DNA from: an uncultured Gemmatimonadaceae bacterium
Lineage (GTDB): Bacteria; Gemmatimonadota; Gemmatimonadetes; Gemmatimonadales; Gemmatimonadaceae
Reading direction: 5' to 3'
Assembly (NCBI GenBank): GCA_963829055.1
Contig: CAWHHI010000006.1
Span: forward strand, 416,001-480,000
DNA: 64,000 nucleotides
Every line of letters starts with the position of its first letter. Position 1 is the first letter of the stretch. Positions 53,414 through 63,041 of the stretch are shown one piece after another. A program made the translations under genes and the position numbers. A model generated the notes under the pieces. It was not told the DNA's origin. It ran no database searches and saw nothing but the letters and a program-made list of their open reading frames with translations.

Positions 53414-55740
53414 TCGCCGCGGCACTCGCTCTCGCCGTCGCTATGCCCGCGCAACGTGCGCGCCCGTGTGTGCCGCGGGCGACGATCCTAACGCGAGCGT
53501 CGTTCTCAATTGCATGACGCTGGTGCCCGTCCCCGACTGTCCCGGACGGCGGCGGGCATCGTGCATCTGCGTCCCGTCCCCACGCCATTTGGCGTGGCCG
53601 TACACGCCGACGGGCGCCCTCGCTATCGACTGGTCGCCACCTTCGACGGATTGCCGGCTCCAGCCTCCCTCGGCGACTACAGCGTCTACGTCGCGTGGGT
53701 CTATACGGTGTCGCTGGACAGCGTGCGTGAAGCTCGGCCCGGTGCGGAACGGCGTCGTGGATCTGGGCGAGCTGTCCTATCCACAATTCCGGATTCTCGT
53801 GAGTGCGGAGCGGTCCGCGGACGTGCGCGAGCGCGGGCGGCAAGCTCGATTCTCCGCGGAACATCGCCCGAGCGCTCGGCTCCTGGCGCATCGTGACGTG
53901 GTGCAGCCGTCGGCGCCCGGTGCCCTCCGCGACGCCGGCCCCCCGCGCGACACCGGCATGGCGTCCATGCACGATGCGCCTAACGCTGGTCACGGTTCAT
54001 GGCCGATGCCGCCCATGCCTGCCAACATGCCGAGCGTCAGCATGATGGGCATGACCGACTTGGTGCCGCGCGTCGGTCCGTTCCTTCCTGGCGCCGGGGT
54101 CGATCCGGCAGTCCATTCCGCTCTCGCGGCCACGTGAGGTCGTCCGACTCTCCGACGGTGACACGCTTCGACTCGAGTCGGGCCTCGTCCGCCGCACGAT
54201 CGGCGGGAAGACGGTCGTGATGTACGGTTTCAACGGCCAACATCCCGGGCCGCTCATCGATGTGCGCGAAGGGTGCGACGCATCGTCGTTCGCTTCCGCA
54301 ACGGCATCGAGCAGCCGAGTGCGGTGCACTGGCACGGCGTGCGGCTCGACAATCGGTTCGATGGAGTTCGTCGGCGTCACGCAGGACGCTGTGCCCCCGG
54401 GCGGGACGTTCACGTACGTCGTGCGCTTTCCGGACGCCGGCATCTACTGGTATCACCCGCACGTGCGTGAGGACATCGCAGCAGGACCTCGGTCTTTACG
54501 GCAACATGCTCGTGCGTCCGGCGTCATCCGGATATTTCGCGCCGGTGAACCGCGAGCAGGTGCTGATGCTCGACGACCTGCTGGTGGGGGACGATGGCCT
54601 AACGCCGCACGGGGCGGAGTCGCCGACGCACGCGTTGATGGGGCGATTCGGCAACGTCATGCTCGTGAATGGCGAGCCGCGCTACGATCTCGTCCGTGCG
54701 GCGTGGTGAGATCGTGCGATTTTATCTGACGAACGCGTCGAACGCGCGGTTGTTCAACGTGTCGTTCGCTGGCGCGCGGATGAAGGTCGTCGCCAGCGAC
54801 GTCGGGCAAGTTCGAGCGCGAGGCGATGGGTGTCGAGCGTGGTGATCGCGCCGGCGGAGCGATACGTCATCGACGTCGAGTTCGCGCGCGCCGGGCGGGT
54901 GGCGCTGGTGAATCGCGTGCAGGCGCTCGATCACATGTTCGGACGTCTACTCGCCGGAGACGGATACGCTCGGCGTCGTGCAGGTCGGCGATGCGCCCGG
55001 CGGCGCCTCGTTACGCGGCGCAGTTCGCCGAGCTGCGTCGCAACGCCGATGTCGCGGCGGAGATCGCGCCGTTCCGTCGGCTGTTCGACGCGCCACCCGA
55101 CGCACTCGCTCGTGCTCACGATGCGCACGCAGGGTCTGCCGGCGGTCGTGTCGAACATGCTCATCGGCGATCAACGCGCCGGTCGAGTGGAACGACGGCA
55201 TGGCGATGATGAACTGGGTCGCGACGGCGAAGGAAGTGAGCTGGGTGCTTCGCGATCCGGACACGCGGCAAGGAGAACATGGACGATCGACTGGCGCTTC
55301 CGAGTCGGGCGACGTGGTGAAGCTCCGGGTGTTCAACGATCCGGCGTCGAGTCACGCGATGGATCACCCACTTCACCTGCACGGCCAGCGCTTTCTCGTG
55401 GTGAGTCGCGACGGCGTTCGGACGACGAATCTCGTATGGAAGGACACGGCGATCATCCCGGCGGGTGAGACGGTAGACCTGTTGGTCGACATGGCGAACC
55501 CAGGGCGCTGGATGATACACTGCCACATCGCCGAGCATCTCGGGGCGGGGATGATGGGCGTGTTCAGTGTCGATCCCGGTGAGCACAGACAGGACAACGG
55601 AAACTGCAGGACAGGACAACAGCAACGGCAACTGCAAGACAGGACGACAGACTGCAACAGCAGGACAGGATGGCCAGGATTGGCAGGATTGAAGAAGATG
55701 ACACGCCTCGGCGTCCGGGAGCGCGTCGCCGGGGCCTAAC
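53409..55740 (+). CDS. Multicopper oxidase (laccase/CueO-like; many frameshifts; ends approximate)
   Basis: All four Cu motifs are present: HWHG, WYHPH, HPLHLHG and HCHIAEHLGAGMM. A Met-rich segment is also present. Confidence 0.88.
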
Positions 55741-55895
55741 GAATGAAGGAACATGATGCGACACGGAGCCTCTGTTCAATCCTGTCCATCCTGCCAATCC
55801 TGTCATGCAGTTGCCGTTGCAGTTGCCGTCACCGGCCTCGCGTGTTGGGCAGCCGTCATCCTGCCAATGCTGGCCATCCTGTCTTGCAGTTCTGG
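55585..55895. repeat. Imperfect inverted repeat region built from CAGGAT/CAGGAC and GCAACT/GCAACG units
   Basis: Left ...GACAGGATGGCCAGGATTGGCAGGATTGAA versus right TTCAATCCTGTCCATCCTGCCAATCCTGTC and ATCCTGCCAATGCTGGCCATCCTGTCTTGCAGTT. Confidence 0.75.
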
Positions 55896-55937
55896 TAAGT
55901 GGCCGATGAAAACCTCTTCTCTCGAGGACTGGATACG

Positions 55938-57347
55938 ATGCTTCGAATGATTCGTGCTGTCGCAATAGGGCTACTGCTCGCTGGGCCGTTAGGCGCACAG
56001 GCGCGTGAGCTCGCCGCGCCGCTCAAGCCATACGTGACCGTGAACGATCCTGTCGTCGCGCTCACGAACGTGCGCGTCATCGACGGCACGGGCGCGCCCG
56101 TGAAGGAGGGGCAGACGATCGTCATTCGCGGCGAGAAGATCGCGGCCGTCGGGCCGGCGAGCTCGGTGACCGTGCCGGCTGGCGCGCGAACGATCGATCT
56201 CTCCGGGAAGACCGTGATCCCCGGGATCATCGGGCTGCACGACCACATGTACTACGGCGGCATGAAGTTCATGGGCGTGAGCTACCCGCGTCTCTTCCTC
56301 TCCGCCGGCGTGACGACCATCCGCACGACTGGCAGCGTCGACGCGTACCAGGAGCTCAACCTCAAGCGCCTCAGCGACTCGCTGCAGATCGTCGCGCCGA
56401 CGATCGTCGTGACCGGACCGTACCTGCAGGGCGCGGGTTCAGGCTTCGTCACGATGCCGGCGCTCTCCGGCCCGGAGAGCGCGCGCCGCATGGTGCGCTA
56501 CTGGGCCGAGGAAGGTGTCACGTGGTTCAAGGCGTACACGCAGATCTCGCGCGCGGAGCTCGGCGCCGCGATCGACGAGGCGCACAAGCACGGCGTGAAG
56601 GTCACGGCGCATCTGTGCTCCGTCGGCTTCCGCGAAGCCGTTGCGTTAGGCATCGACGCGCTCGAGCACGGGATGCTCACGAACACGGAATGGTATTCGG
56701 GCAAGAAGCCGGACCAGTGTCCGCAGGCGTCCACGGGCGACATGTACGGCGCGCTCGACATCAACAGCCCCGAGGTGCAGCGCACGATCCAGGAGATGGT
56801 GAAGAAGAAGGTGGCGATGACGTCGACGCTGGACGTGTTCGAGCTGTCGAGCCCGAGCCGAGTGCCGGTCGATCAGCGCGTGCTGGACGCGCTGTATCCG
56901 GACATGTCGAAGTCGGTGGCCAAGTACTACGAGGGCGGGAAGACGGCGAACGATTCAGTCGAGCGGGCGGCGTTCAAGAAGTCGATGGAATTCGAGCGCG
57001 CATTCGTGAAGGCCGGCGGTTTGTTAGGCGCCGGCTCCGACCCGTGCTGCCTCAGCTCCATCGCTGGCTATGGCGATCAGCGTAACTACGAGCTGCTCAT
57101 CGAGGCCGGCTTCACGCCGGAGCAGGCGGTGCAGATCATGACGTCGAACGGCGCGAAGATCCTCGGCTTCGACAAGACGGTCGGTACGATCGCACCGGGC
57201 ATGCAGGCGGATCTCGTGGTCATCGCGGGGAATCCGGTGCAGACCCCGGCCGACATTCGCAACGTCGAGACGGTGTTCCGCCGCGGCCTCGGCTACGACT
57301 CGGCGAAGCTCAAGGAGTCGATCAAGGGGCTCGTCGGGCTGCGCTGA
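55938..57347 (+). CDS. Secreted amidohydrolase-family protein
   Basis: PGIIGLHDH, GVTTIRT, FKAY, TAHL, LEHG, AGSD and GTIAPGMQADLVV. Confidence 0.92.
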   Translation: MLRMIRAVAIGLLLAGPLGAQARELAAPLKPYVTVNDPVVALTNVRVIDGTGAPVKEGQTIVIRGEKIAAVGPASSVTVPAGARTIDLSGKTVIPGIIGLHDHMYYGGMKFMGVSYPRLFLSAGVTTIRTTGSVDAYQELNLKRLSDSLQIVAPTIVVTGPYLQGAGSGFVTMPALSGPESARRMVRYWAEEGVTWFKAYTQISRAELGAAIDEAHKHGVKVTAHLCSVGFREAVALGIDALEHGMLTNTEWYSGKKPDQCPQASTGDMYGALDINSPEVQRTIQEMVKKKVAMTSTLDVFELSSPSRVPVDQRVLDALYPDMSKSVAKYYEGGKTANDSVERAAFKKSMEFERAFVKAGGLLGAGSDPCCLSSIAGYGDQRNYELLIEAGFTPEQAVQIMTSNGAKILGFDKTVGTIAPGMQADLVVIAGNPVQTPADIRNVETVFRRGLGYDSAKLKESIKGLVGLR

Positions 57348-57406
57348 CGCGTACTCGGCGGTCTGTGGCCGCCGCGCCAACGTCGACGTGATCGCCGAGC
57401 TGAACG

Positions 57407-57441
57407 AGCGGCCCCGATCGTTCCGGGGCCGCTTTCGTTTT
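57407..57441 (+). terminator. Intrinsic terminator
   Basis: AGCGGCCCCG, 7-nt loop, CGGGGCCGCT, followed by TTCGTTTT. Confidence 0.7.
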
Positions 57442-57453
57442 GAGTTCCGGCCA

Positions 57454-57480
57454 TGTCGATTCCGCGGACCGTCGTTCGAC
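57454..57480 (+). promoter_or_regulatory. ECF42-type promoter upstream of YciI/DGPF genes
   Basis: TGTCGA-N17-CGAC, matching the described ECF42 consensus whose usual targets are DGPF proteins. Confidence 0.65.
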
Positions 57481-57556
57481 GTGTCGGTAGAGGCGAGTAC
57501 GAAGCGCGCCCGGAACGACTGTCGCGTGACGCCCGAACTTCATAGGAGACAACGCA

Positions 57557-57976
57557 ATGCGATTCCTCATGATCATGTATCCCGATCGCGCGGCCGAGTC
57601 AGCTGCGGTGCCTGACTGGAAGGCGATGGAAGCCATGATGCAGTACAACGAAGAGCTCGCGAAGGCCGGTGTTCTGATTACTCTGGATGGATTGCACCCG
57701 AGCTCGAAGGGCGCTCGCGTCTACTTCCCCGATGGCAAACCCAAGGTACAGGACGGTCCATTCACTGAAGCGAAAGAGCTCGTCGGCGGGTTCTGGATGC
57801 TACAGGTGAAGTCGAAGGACGAAGCCGTGGAGTGGGCCAAGAAGGTCCCGACCACGGGCACGAACTTCGTCGAGCTCCGCCAGGTGTTCGAGATGAGTGA
57901 GTTCCCCGAGGACATTCGGAAGGCAACCGAGAACTCCGCAACCAGGGCGCAGGTCGAGAAGCACGCTCGCGCCTGA
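57557..57976 (+). CDS. YciI/DGPF-family protein 1
   Basis: DGPFTEAKELVGGFW; AGGAG RBS. Confidence 0.93.
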   Translation: MRFLMIMYPDRAAESAAVPDWKAMEAMMQYNEELAKAGVLITLDGLHPSSKGARVYFPDGKPKVQDGPFTEAKELVGGFWMLQVKSKDEAVEWAKKVPTTGTNFVELRQVFEMSEFPEDIRKATENSATRAQVEKHARA

Positions 57977-58014
57977 CGAAGTCCCGATTACCGACACAGC
58001 ACGGAGATGCCACG

Positions 58015-58440
58015 ATGCGATTCATGATCATCCGCAGAGCGGACAAGGCCACCGAGGCGGGCGTGATGCCCAGCGAGCAGACGCTCACGTTGATGGGCAA
58101 CTACATGCAGGACATGGTGAACGCCGGCGTGCTCCTCGGCGGCGAAGGACTCAAGCCGACGTCCGCCGGCGCGCTCGTCAAGTTCACGAACGGAAAGCCG
58201 AAGGTGATCGACGGGCCGTTCACCGAAGCGAAGGAGCTGATCGCCGGCTACGCGCTGATCCAGGTCAACTCACGAGAGGAAGCGCTGGAGTGGGTGAAGC
58301 GATGGCCGGCGGTGGACATCGACGCCAACGTCGAGCTGGAGCTTCGCGAGATGTTCGAGGCGGATGACTTCGGCAAGGAGTTCACGCCCGAGCTCCGCGA
58401 GCAGGAAGAGCGCATGCGCGCACAGATCGGTACCAAATAG
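58015..58440 (+). CDS. YciI/DGPF-family protein 2
   Basis: DGPFTEAKELIAGYAL. Confidence 0.93.
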   Translation: MRFMIIRRADKATEAGVMPSEQTLTLMGNYMQDMVNAGVLLGGEGLKPTSAGALVKFTNGKPKVIDGPFTEAKELIAGYALIQVNSREEALEWVKRWPAVDIDANVELELREMFEADDFGKEFTPELREQEERMRAQIGTK

Positions 58441-58484
58441 CGCTCCGCAATTCCAACGACATCAACGACTCGAGAGGACGAACG

Positions 58485-58862
58485 ATGAAATACATGATGA
58501 TGCTGCGAACGGACGAGAATTTCACCGAGGCTGGCCCGCCGCCGAAGGAGCTGTTCGAGCGAATGGACAAGTTCATGGAGGAATCGACGAAGGCTGGATC
58601 GCTCGTCTGGGCGGGTGGCCTGATGCACACGTCGAAGGGCGCCAAGGTCAGCCTGTCGAAGAACGGAAAGATCTCGGTCGTCGACGGGCCGTTCACGGAG
58701 GCGAAGGAAGTCATCGGCGGGTTCGCGGTCATCGAGGCGAAATCAAAAGAAGAGGCGATCGAGCACGCGAAGCGGTTCATGGAGCTGCATCGCGACACGT
58801 GGAAGGGTTGGGAGGGCGTCTCGGAGATCCGCGAGATGCATGGCGAGCCGCCCCGGCCGTAG
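58485..58862 (+). CDS. YciI/DGPF-family protein 3
   Basis: DGPFTEAKEVIGGFA. Confidence 0.93.
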   Translation: MKYMMMLRTDENFTEAGPPPKELFERMDKFMEESTKAGSLVWAGGLMHTSKGAKVSLSKNGKISVVDGPFTEAKEVIGGFAVIEAKSKEEAIEHAKRFMELHRDTWKGWEGVSEIREMHGEPPRP

Positions 58863-58885
58863 CCCGAGCCTAACGTGGGAATGCC

Positions 58886-58922
58886 GGGCTCCGGTTCAGC
58901 TTCTCGAACCGGAGCCCTCTTG
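58886..58922 (+). terminator. Hairpin/terminator after YciI triplet
   Basis: GGGCTCCGGTTC, 8-nt loop, GAACCGGAGCCC, then TCTT. Confidence 0.6.
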
Positions 58923-58956
58923 CGAATTGGCCCTGGCGGGCGCAGCGTCCTGCCCG

Positions 58957-59601
58957 ATGAACGTCACCACGCTCTCGCCCGATAACGTCGTGGAGGTCGT
59001 GTCGGTGCTCACCGACGCGTTCCATGACTACCCGGTGATGCGCTTCGTGCTCGGCCCAGACGCAGCCGGTGTCGGCGCGCCGTACAACGTGCGCCTGCAC
59101 CGGCTGCTGCAGCTGTTCGTGAGCGCTCGCTCGTACCGCAACGAGCCGATGCTCGGAGTGCGCGACAGCGCAGGCGCGCTCATCGCCGCGGCGGTGATGT
59201 CGCTGCCCGACGCCCAGGACCCACCGCCAACGTTCATCGCGCTTCGCGAATCGATCTGGGCGGAGCTCGGCGCGGAGGCCCGCGCGCGTTACGACTCCTA
59301 CGTACTATCGGCCCGGTTCTTCGAGCAGACGCCGCGGCACCACCACCTCAACATGATCGGCGTGCGACGGTCGCAGCAGCGGAGCGGCCTCGCGCGCGTG
59401 CTGCTCGGCGCGGTGCACGATCTCGCGAGCCGAGATCCGGGCTCGGCCGGCGTGAGCCTAACGACAGAGCGGCCGGAGAACGTCGTGCTGTACGAGCACT
59501 TCGGTTACCACGTCGTCGGTCATGCGCGGGTCTCTTCGACGGAGGAGACGTGGGGGATGTTCCGACCGCGCGACGGAACCGCAGCCTCGTCGACATCGTA
59601 A
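58957..59601 (+). CDS. GNAT N-acetyltransferase
   Basis: LTDAFHDYP, HLNMIGVRRSQQRSGLARVLL and NVVLYEHFGY. Confidence 0.85.
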   Translation: MNVTTLSPDNVVEVVSVLTDAFHDYPVMRFVLGPDAAGVGAPYNVRLHRLLQLFVSARSYRNEPMLGVRDSAGALIAAAVMSLPDAQDPPPTFIALRESIWAELGAEARARYDSYVLSARFFEQTPRHHHLNMIGVRRSQQRSGLARVLLGAVHDLASRDPGSAGVSLTTERPENVVLYEHFGYHVVGHARVSSTEETWGMFRPRDGTAASSTS

Positions 59602-59745
59602 CGTGGGGTCGTAGCGTCAGCGCCGACTCGATCACGCCTCGGCCCGCCATATCACTACTCGCAGTCGGCGCGTTGCCGCGTTGCAGGGCGCCCAGCATGG
59701 TTGCGCGCCCCGGACCACGATTTCTCCACGACGGCGCCCCTGATC

Positions 59746-60290
59746 ATGCGACGCATCACCCACGGGTCGGTTCTCGTTCTCCTTGTTGTCGCCAGCGCAT
59801 GTGCTGGCCGTGCCTCTGCTCCGTCGGCCCCGTCTGTCGATCCTGTCGCGCGTCTCACGGAGGGCTTCGACGCGAACGTCCGGCGAGACGTGGAGACGCT
59901 GCGCAGCGCGACGAGCAAGTTCCACGATCTCACCGCGGCCGAAACGGCGGGCTATCCGACGAAGATGCCCATGTGCGTTGCCGACTCCACGATGGGCGGC
60001 ATGGGACATCATCTCATCGACCGTCAACTGGTCGACGACAAGCTGGAGATCGAGCGGCCCGAGATGTTGATCTACGCGCCGTCGGGGAACGGGAAGGGGA
60101 GGTAGAGTTGGTCGGCGTCGAGTACATCGTGCCGTACCGGTTTCTGCCGTCAACGGAGAAGCCGCCGCGCCTGTTCGGGCAGGAGCTCAAGCGATACGAC
60201 CAGTACAACTACTGGGAGCTGCACGTGTGGGCGTGGCGTCATAACGCGGCCGGGTTGTTCGCGGACTGGAACCCAGCGGTGAAGTGTTGA
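59746..60290 (+). CDS. Putative lipoprotein, hypothetical (frameshift near 60100)
   Basis: LLVVASAC lipobox, GGMGHH, PEMLIY, LVGVEY and LHVWAW..N..GLFADWNP. Confidence 0.7.
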
Positions 60291-60292
60291 TA

Positions 60293-60392
60293 TGTCATCC
60301 CGAGCGCCAGCGAGGGATCTCCTCTGATGTCATAGTAGGCAGTCCGGCCACGCTGACGTTCGAGAAGATCCCTCGCTTCGCTCGGGATGACA
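60293..60392. repeat. REP-like element class A between convergent genes
   Basis: TGTCATCCCGAGC..GAGGGATC..GTAGGCAGTCCGGCCACG..GATCCCTC..GCTCGGGATGACA. Confidence 0.88.
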
Positions 60393-60408
60393 CCTTGGCA
60401 CCTTGGCG

Positions 60409-61398
60409 CTACGGCACCTTCTCCGCGAGAAAGCGCTCGACCTCCGGCCAGACGAGCTCCGGGCGCTCCGCATACGTGAAGTGAGCGGCCTTCGGAACGC
60501 GAATCAGGCGCGCGTGCGGCAGCGAAGTCACCCACTCCTCGACCAAGTCCATCGGAATGGATTCCTGTTCGCCATGTACGACGAGCGTCGGCACGTCGAG
60601 GCGCTTCAGCTGCTCGCGAAGATCCCAGTCGCCATAGGACCCCATCACGACGCGATTCGTGATCGTGAGTCCATAGCGAATGCCCGCCGGGTCCGACGCG
60701 CACAGATCGCTCTTGATCAGCGGCAGCGTACGATCCGGCTCGGCCAGACGAGGACGCATGCCGACCGCCCAGTAATCACGGCATGCCTGACGCGTGTCCG
60801 CGTTAGGGTCGGCGAGCCGGCGGCTCGCGTCAGCCGCACGGGCGCGGGCAGCTGGGTCCAGTCGCTGGTTCATGCTCGCGCCAAACCGCTTCCAGAAGTC
60901 GCCACGCCGAGGTGGAACCGGCCCGAAGAACACCATCCGTCGCACCGCCTCGGGGTGCGCGAGCGCGTACGATGCCGCGAGCAGCGGCCCGTATGAATGC
61001 GCCACGAGTGTGACATGCTGCACGCCGAAATGACGCCGCACCTCGTCGAGGTCGGCGATCTGACGTTTCACGAAGAGACGGGACGTGTCCTTCGGCAACT
61101 CGGACCGGCCGGCGCCTCGCTGGTCGTAGAAGATCACCACGTGGCGCCCCGCGAGCGGCGCGAAGTCACCGGCGATGCTCTCGAGATCCACGCCTGGCCC
61201 GCCGTGAATGGCGATGAGCGTGTCGCCACGCTGCCCCATCACGCGATAGAACAGGCGGGCCGAGTCGGAGGTGGTGACGTAGCCTTCACGGACGGTTGCG
61301 CGCACAGCTGGTTTGTTCTGGGCGGCTGCACACATCGGCGCGAACACGCGCATGGTCACAGCGGCAACAACGGCGCAGCGAAGTTTTCGGTTGCACAT
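60409..61398 (-). CDS. Alpha/beta hydrolase (proline iminopeptidase-like)
   Basis: HGGPG, YDQRGAGRS, AHSYG and AAHF. Confidence 0.9.
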   Translation of the reverse strand: MCNRKLRCAVVAAVTMRVFAPMCAAAQNKPAVRATVREGYVTTSDSARLFYRVMGQRGDTLIAIHGGPGVDLESIAGDFAPLAGRHVVIFYDQRGAGRSELPKDTSRLFVKRQIADLDEVRRHFGVQHVTLVAHSYGPLLAASYALAHPEAVRRMVFFGPVPPRRGDFWKRFGASMNQRLDPAARARAADASRRLADPNADTRQACRDYWAVGMRPRLAEPDRTLPLIKSDLCASDPAGIRYGLTITNRVVMGSYGDWDLREQLKRLDVPTLVVHGEQESIPMDLVEEWVTSLPHARLIRVPKAAHFTYAERPELVWPEVERFLAEKVP

Positions 61399-61596
61399 GA
61401 GTCCAACCTATCCACCGTTCCAGTAGCCGGATACGGCCCGCTCACGACATTGCGCGAGTCGTTCAGGGGGCGGATTCTACACCGATGAGTGCGAATATGC
61501 ATCGTACGGAGACAGCCATGACGCAGGCGCATTGCTTTCTGACCGCGGAGCTGGCGCTCCTGGCTCAGTCACACGCGCGTATCATCGAGTAGCCCA

Positions 61597-62655
61597 ATGC
61601 ACATCGGTCGCGTCCGCCTAACGAACCAGCACATCGCCCGCCCGGTGCTCGACGATCCCGCCGCAGTCGTCGGGTGGTTCGGCGCCGTGCAGGCTCAGGA
61701 CTACCTCGGCGGACTGTGGGCGGTGGGCCTGCGGACGCGAGGCGCGACGGAGGCGAGCGTGGAGGAGGCCATCGCGCGCGGCGAATTCGTGCGCACGTGG
61801 CCCATGCGCGGGACGCTCCATTTCGTCGCGGCGGCGGACGTCCGCTGGATGCTGTCGCTGCTCGCGCCACGTGCTCGTACGGCGGCGTCCGCGCGGTGGC
61901 GACAGCTCGAGCTCGATCACGCGGTCATGGCGCGTAGTGCGAAGGTGGCCGAGAAGGCGCTCGTGGGCGGGAAGCGCGTGCGGCGTGATGCGTTGTACGC
62001 ACTATGGAACAAGGCCGGGATCGCCACGCACGACTCGCGTGGACTGCATATCCTCGGGCACCTGGCGCAGACGGGCCTCATCTGCTTCGGCCCGCGCGAC
62101 GGGAAGCAGCAGACGTTCACGCTCGTCGAGGAGTGGCTTCCGGCCGCGCGATCGCTCGAGCGCGACGTCGCGTTAGGTGAGCTCGCGCGTCGGTACTTCA
62201 CGAGCCACGGGCCGGCCACGGTGCACGACTTCGCGTGGTGGTCCGGCCTCACGGTCACGGATGCGCGTGCTGGCCTCGACGGAGTGAAATCGTCGTTCGA
62301 GAGTGAGATCGTCGATGGACGGACGTTCTGGTTCTCCTCAGCGACGGCGAGCGCGTCGACGGCCGCATACCTGCTCCCGGCGTGGGATGAGTTCACGGTG
62401 GCCTATCGGGACCGCAGCGACGTTCTCGATCCGCGTTTCACGGTCAAGGTGAACGCCGGCGGTGGCGTGCTGAAGCCGGTCATCGTTCTCGGCGGTGCCG
62501 TTGTCGGCACGTGGCAGCGGACCGTCGGGAAGGGGAAGGTAGTCGTTAGGCCGATCCTGTTCGAGCCGCTCTCGCCGGCAAGCACGGGCGCGCTGGAAGC
62601 CGCGACGCGCAAATACGGTCGGTTTCTGGGCGCCGCCGGCGAGGTCGCTGGATAA
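61597..62655 (+). CDS. AlkZ/YcaQ-like (HTH_42) DNA glycosylase family protein
   Basis: AVQAQD (QxQ), RTWPMRGTLH, HGPATVHDFAWWSG and LLPAWDEF. Confidence 0.9.
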   Translation: MHIGRVRLTNQHIARPVLDDPAAVVGWFGAVQAQDYLGGLWAVGLRTRGATEASVEEAIARGEFVRTWPMRGTLHFVAAADVRWMLSLLAPRARTAASARWRQLELDHAVMARSAKVAEKALVGGKRVRRDALYALWNKAGIATHDSRGLHILGHLAQTGLICFGPRDGKQQTFTLVEEWLPAARSLERDVALGELARRYFTSHGPATVHDFAWWSGLTVTDARAGLDGVKSSFESEIVDGRTFWFSSATASASTAAYLLPAWDEFTVAYRDRSDVLDPRFTVKVNAGGGVLKPVIVLGGAVVGTWQRTVGKGKVVVRPILFEPLSPASTGALEAATRKYGRFLGAAGEVAG

Positions 62656-62691
62656 TGAGGAAATCCGACCACGCCGACTGCTTCGACACGA

Positions 62692-62938
62692 CATCCAGAA
62701 CCCAGGGTGTGAACGGAAACGACCGGAAACAACTGGAACGGCCGGATCCCAGCGCGACCCGGACAGACCGTGGAACGGGGCCGTTGAAGGAGGGGAACGG
62801 CCTCGTGAGGCCGATGCGTCGCGAGGCCATCCCGCTTTCCATCACGGCTCGTTGCGGGCACCGACTCTCCCCGCATCAGGCCGATCCGCCTGATCCGATG
62901 TTTCCGGCTGTTTCCGTTCACACGCTCTGTTCTGGATG
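62692..62938. repeat. MITE-like element with 40-bp imperfect terminal inverted repeats
   Basis: 62692-62731 versus the reverse complement of 62899-62938 match at 35 of 40 positions. Confidence 0.8.
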
Positions 62939-63041
62939 CTTGCTGAAGCCGTCCTCAGCGTCGATGTGCGGAATCTGCGTTCACGGTTGGATATCGAACC
63001 ACGCTATCTGATTTCGGGGGGCGGCCTGCTACTTTGTTCGT

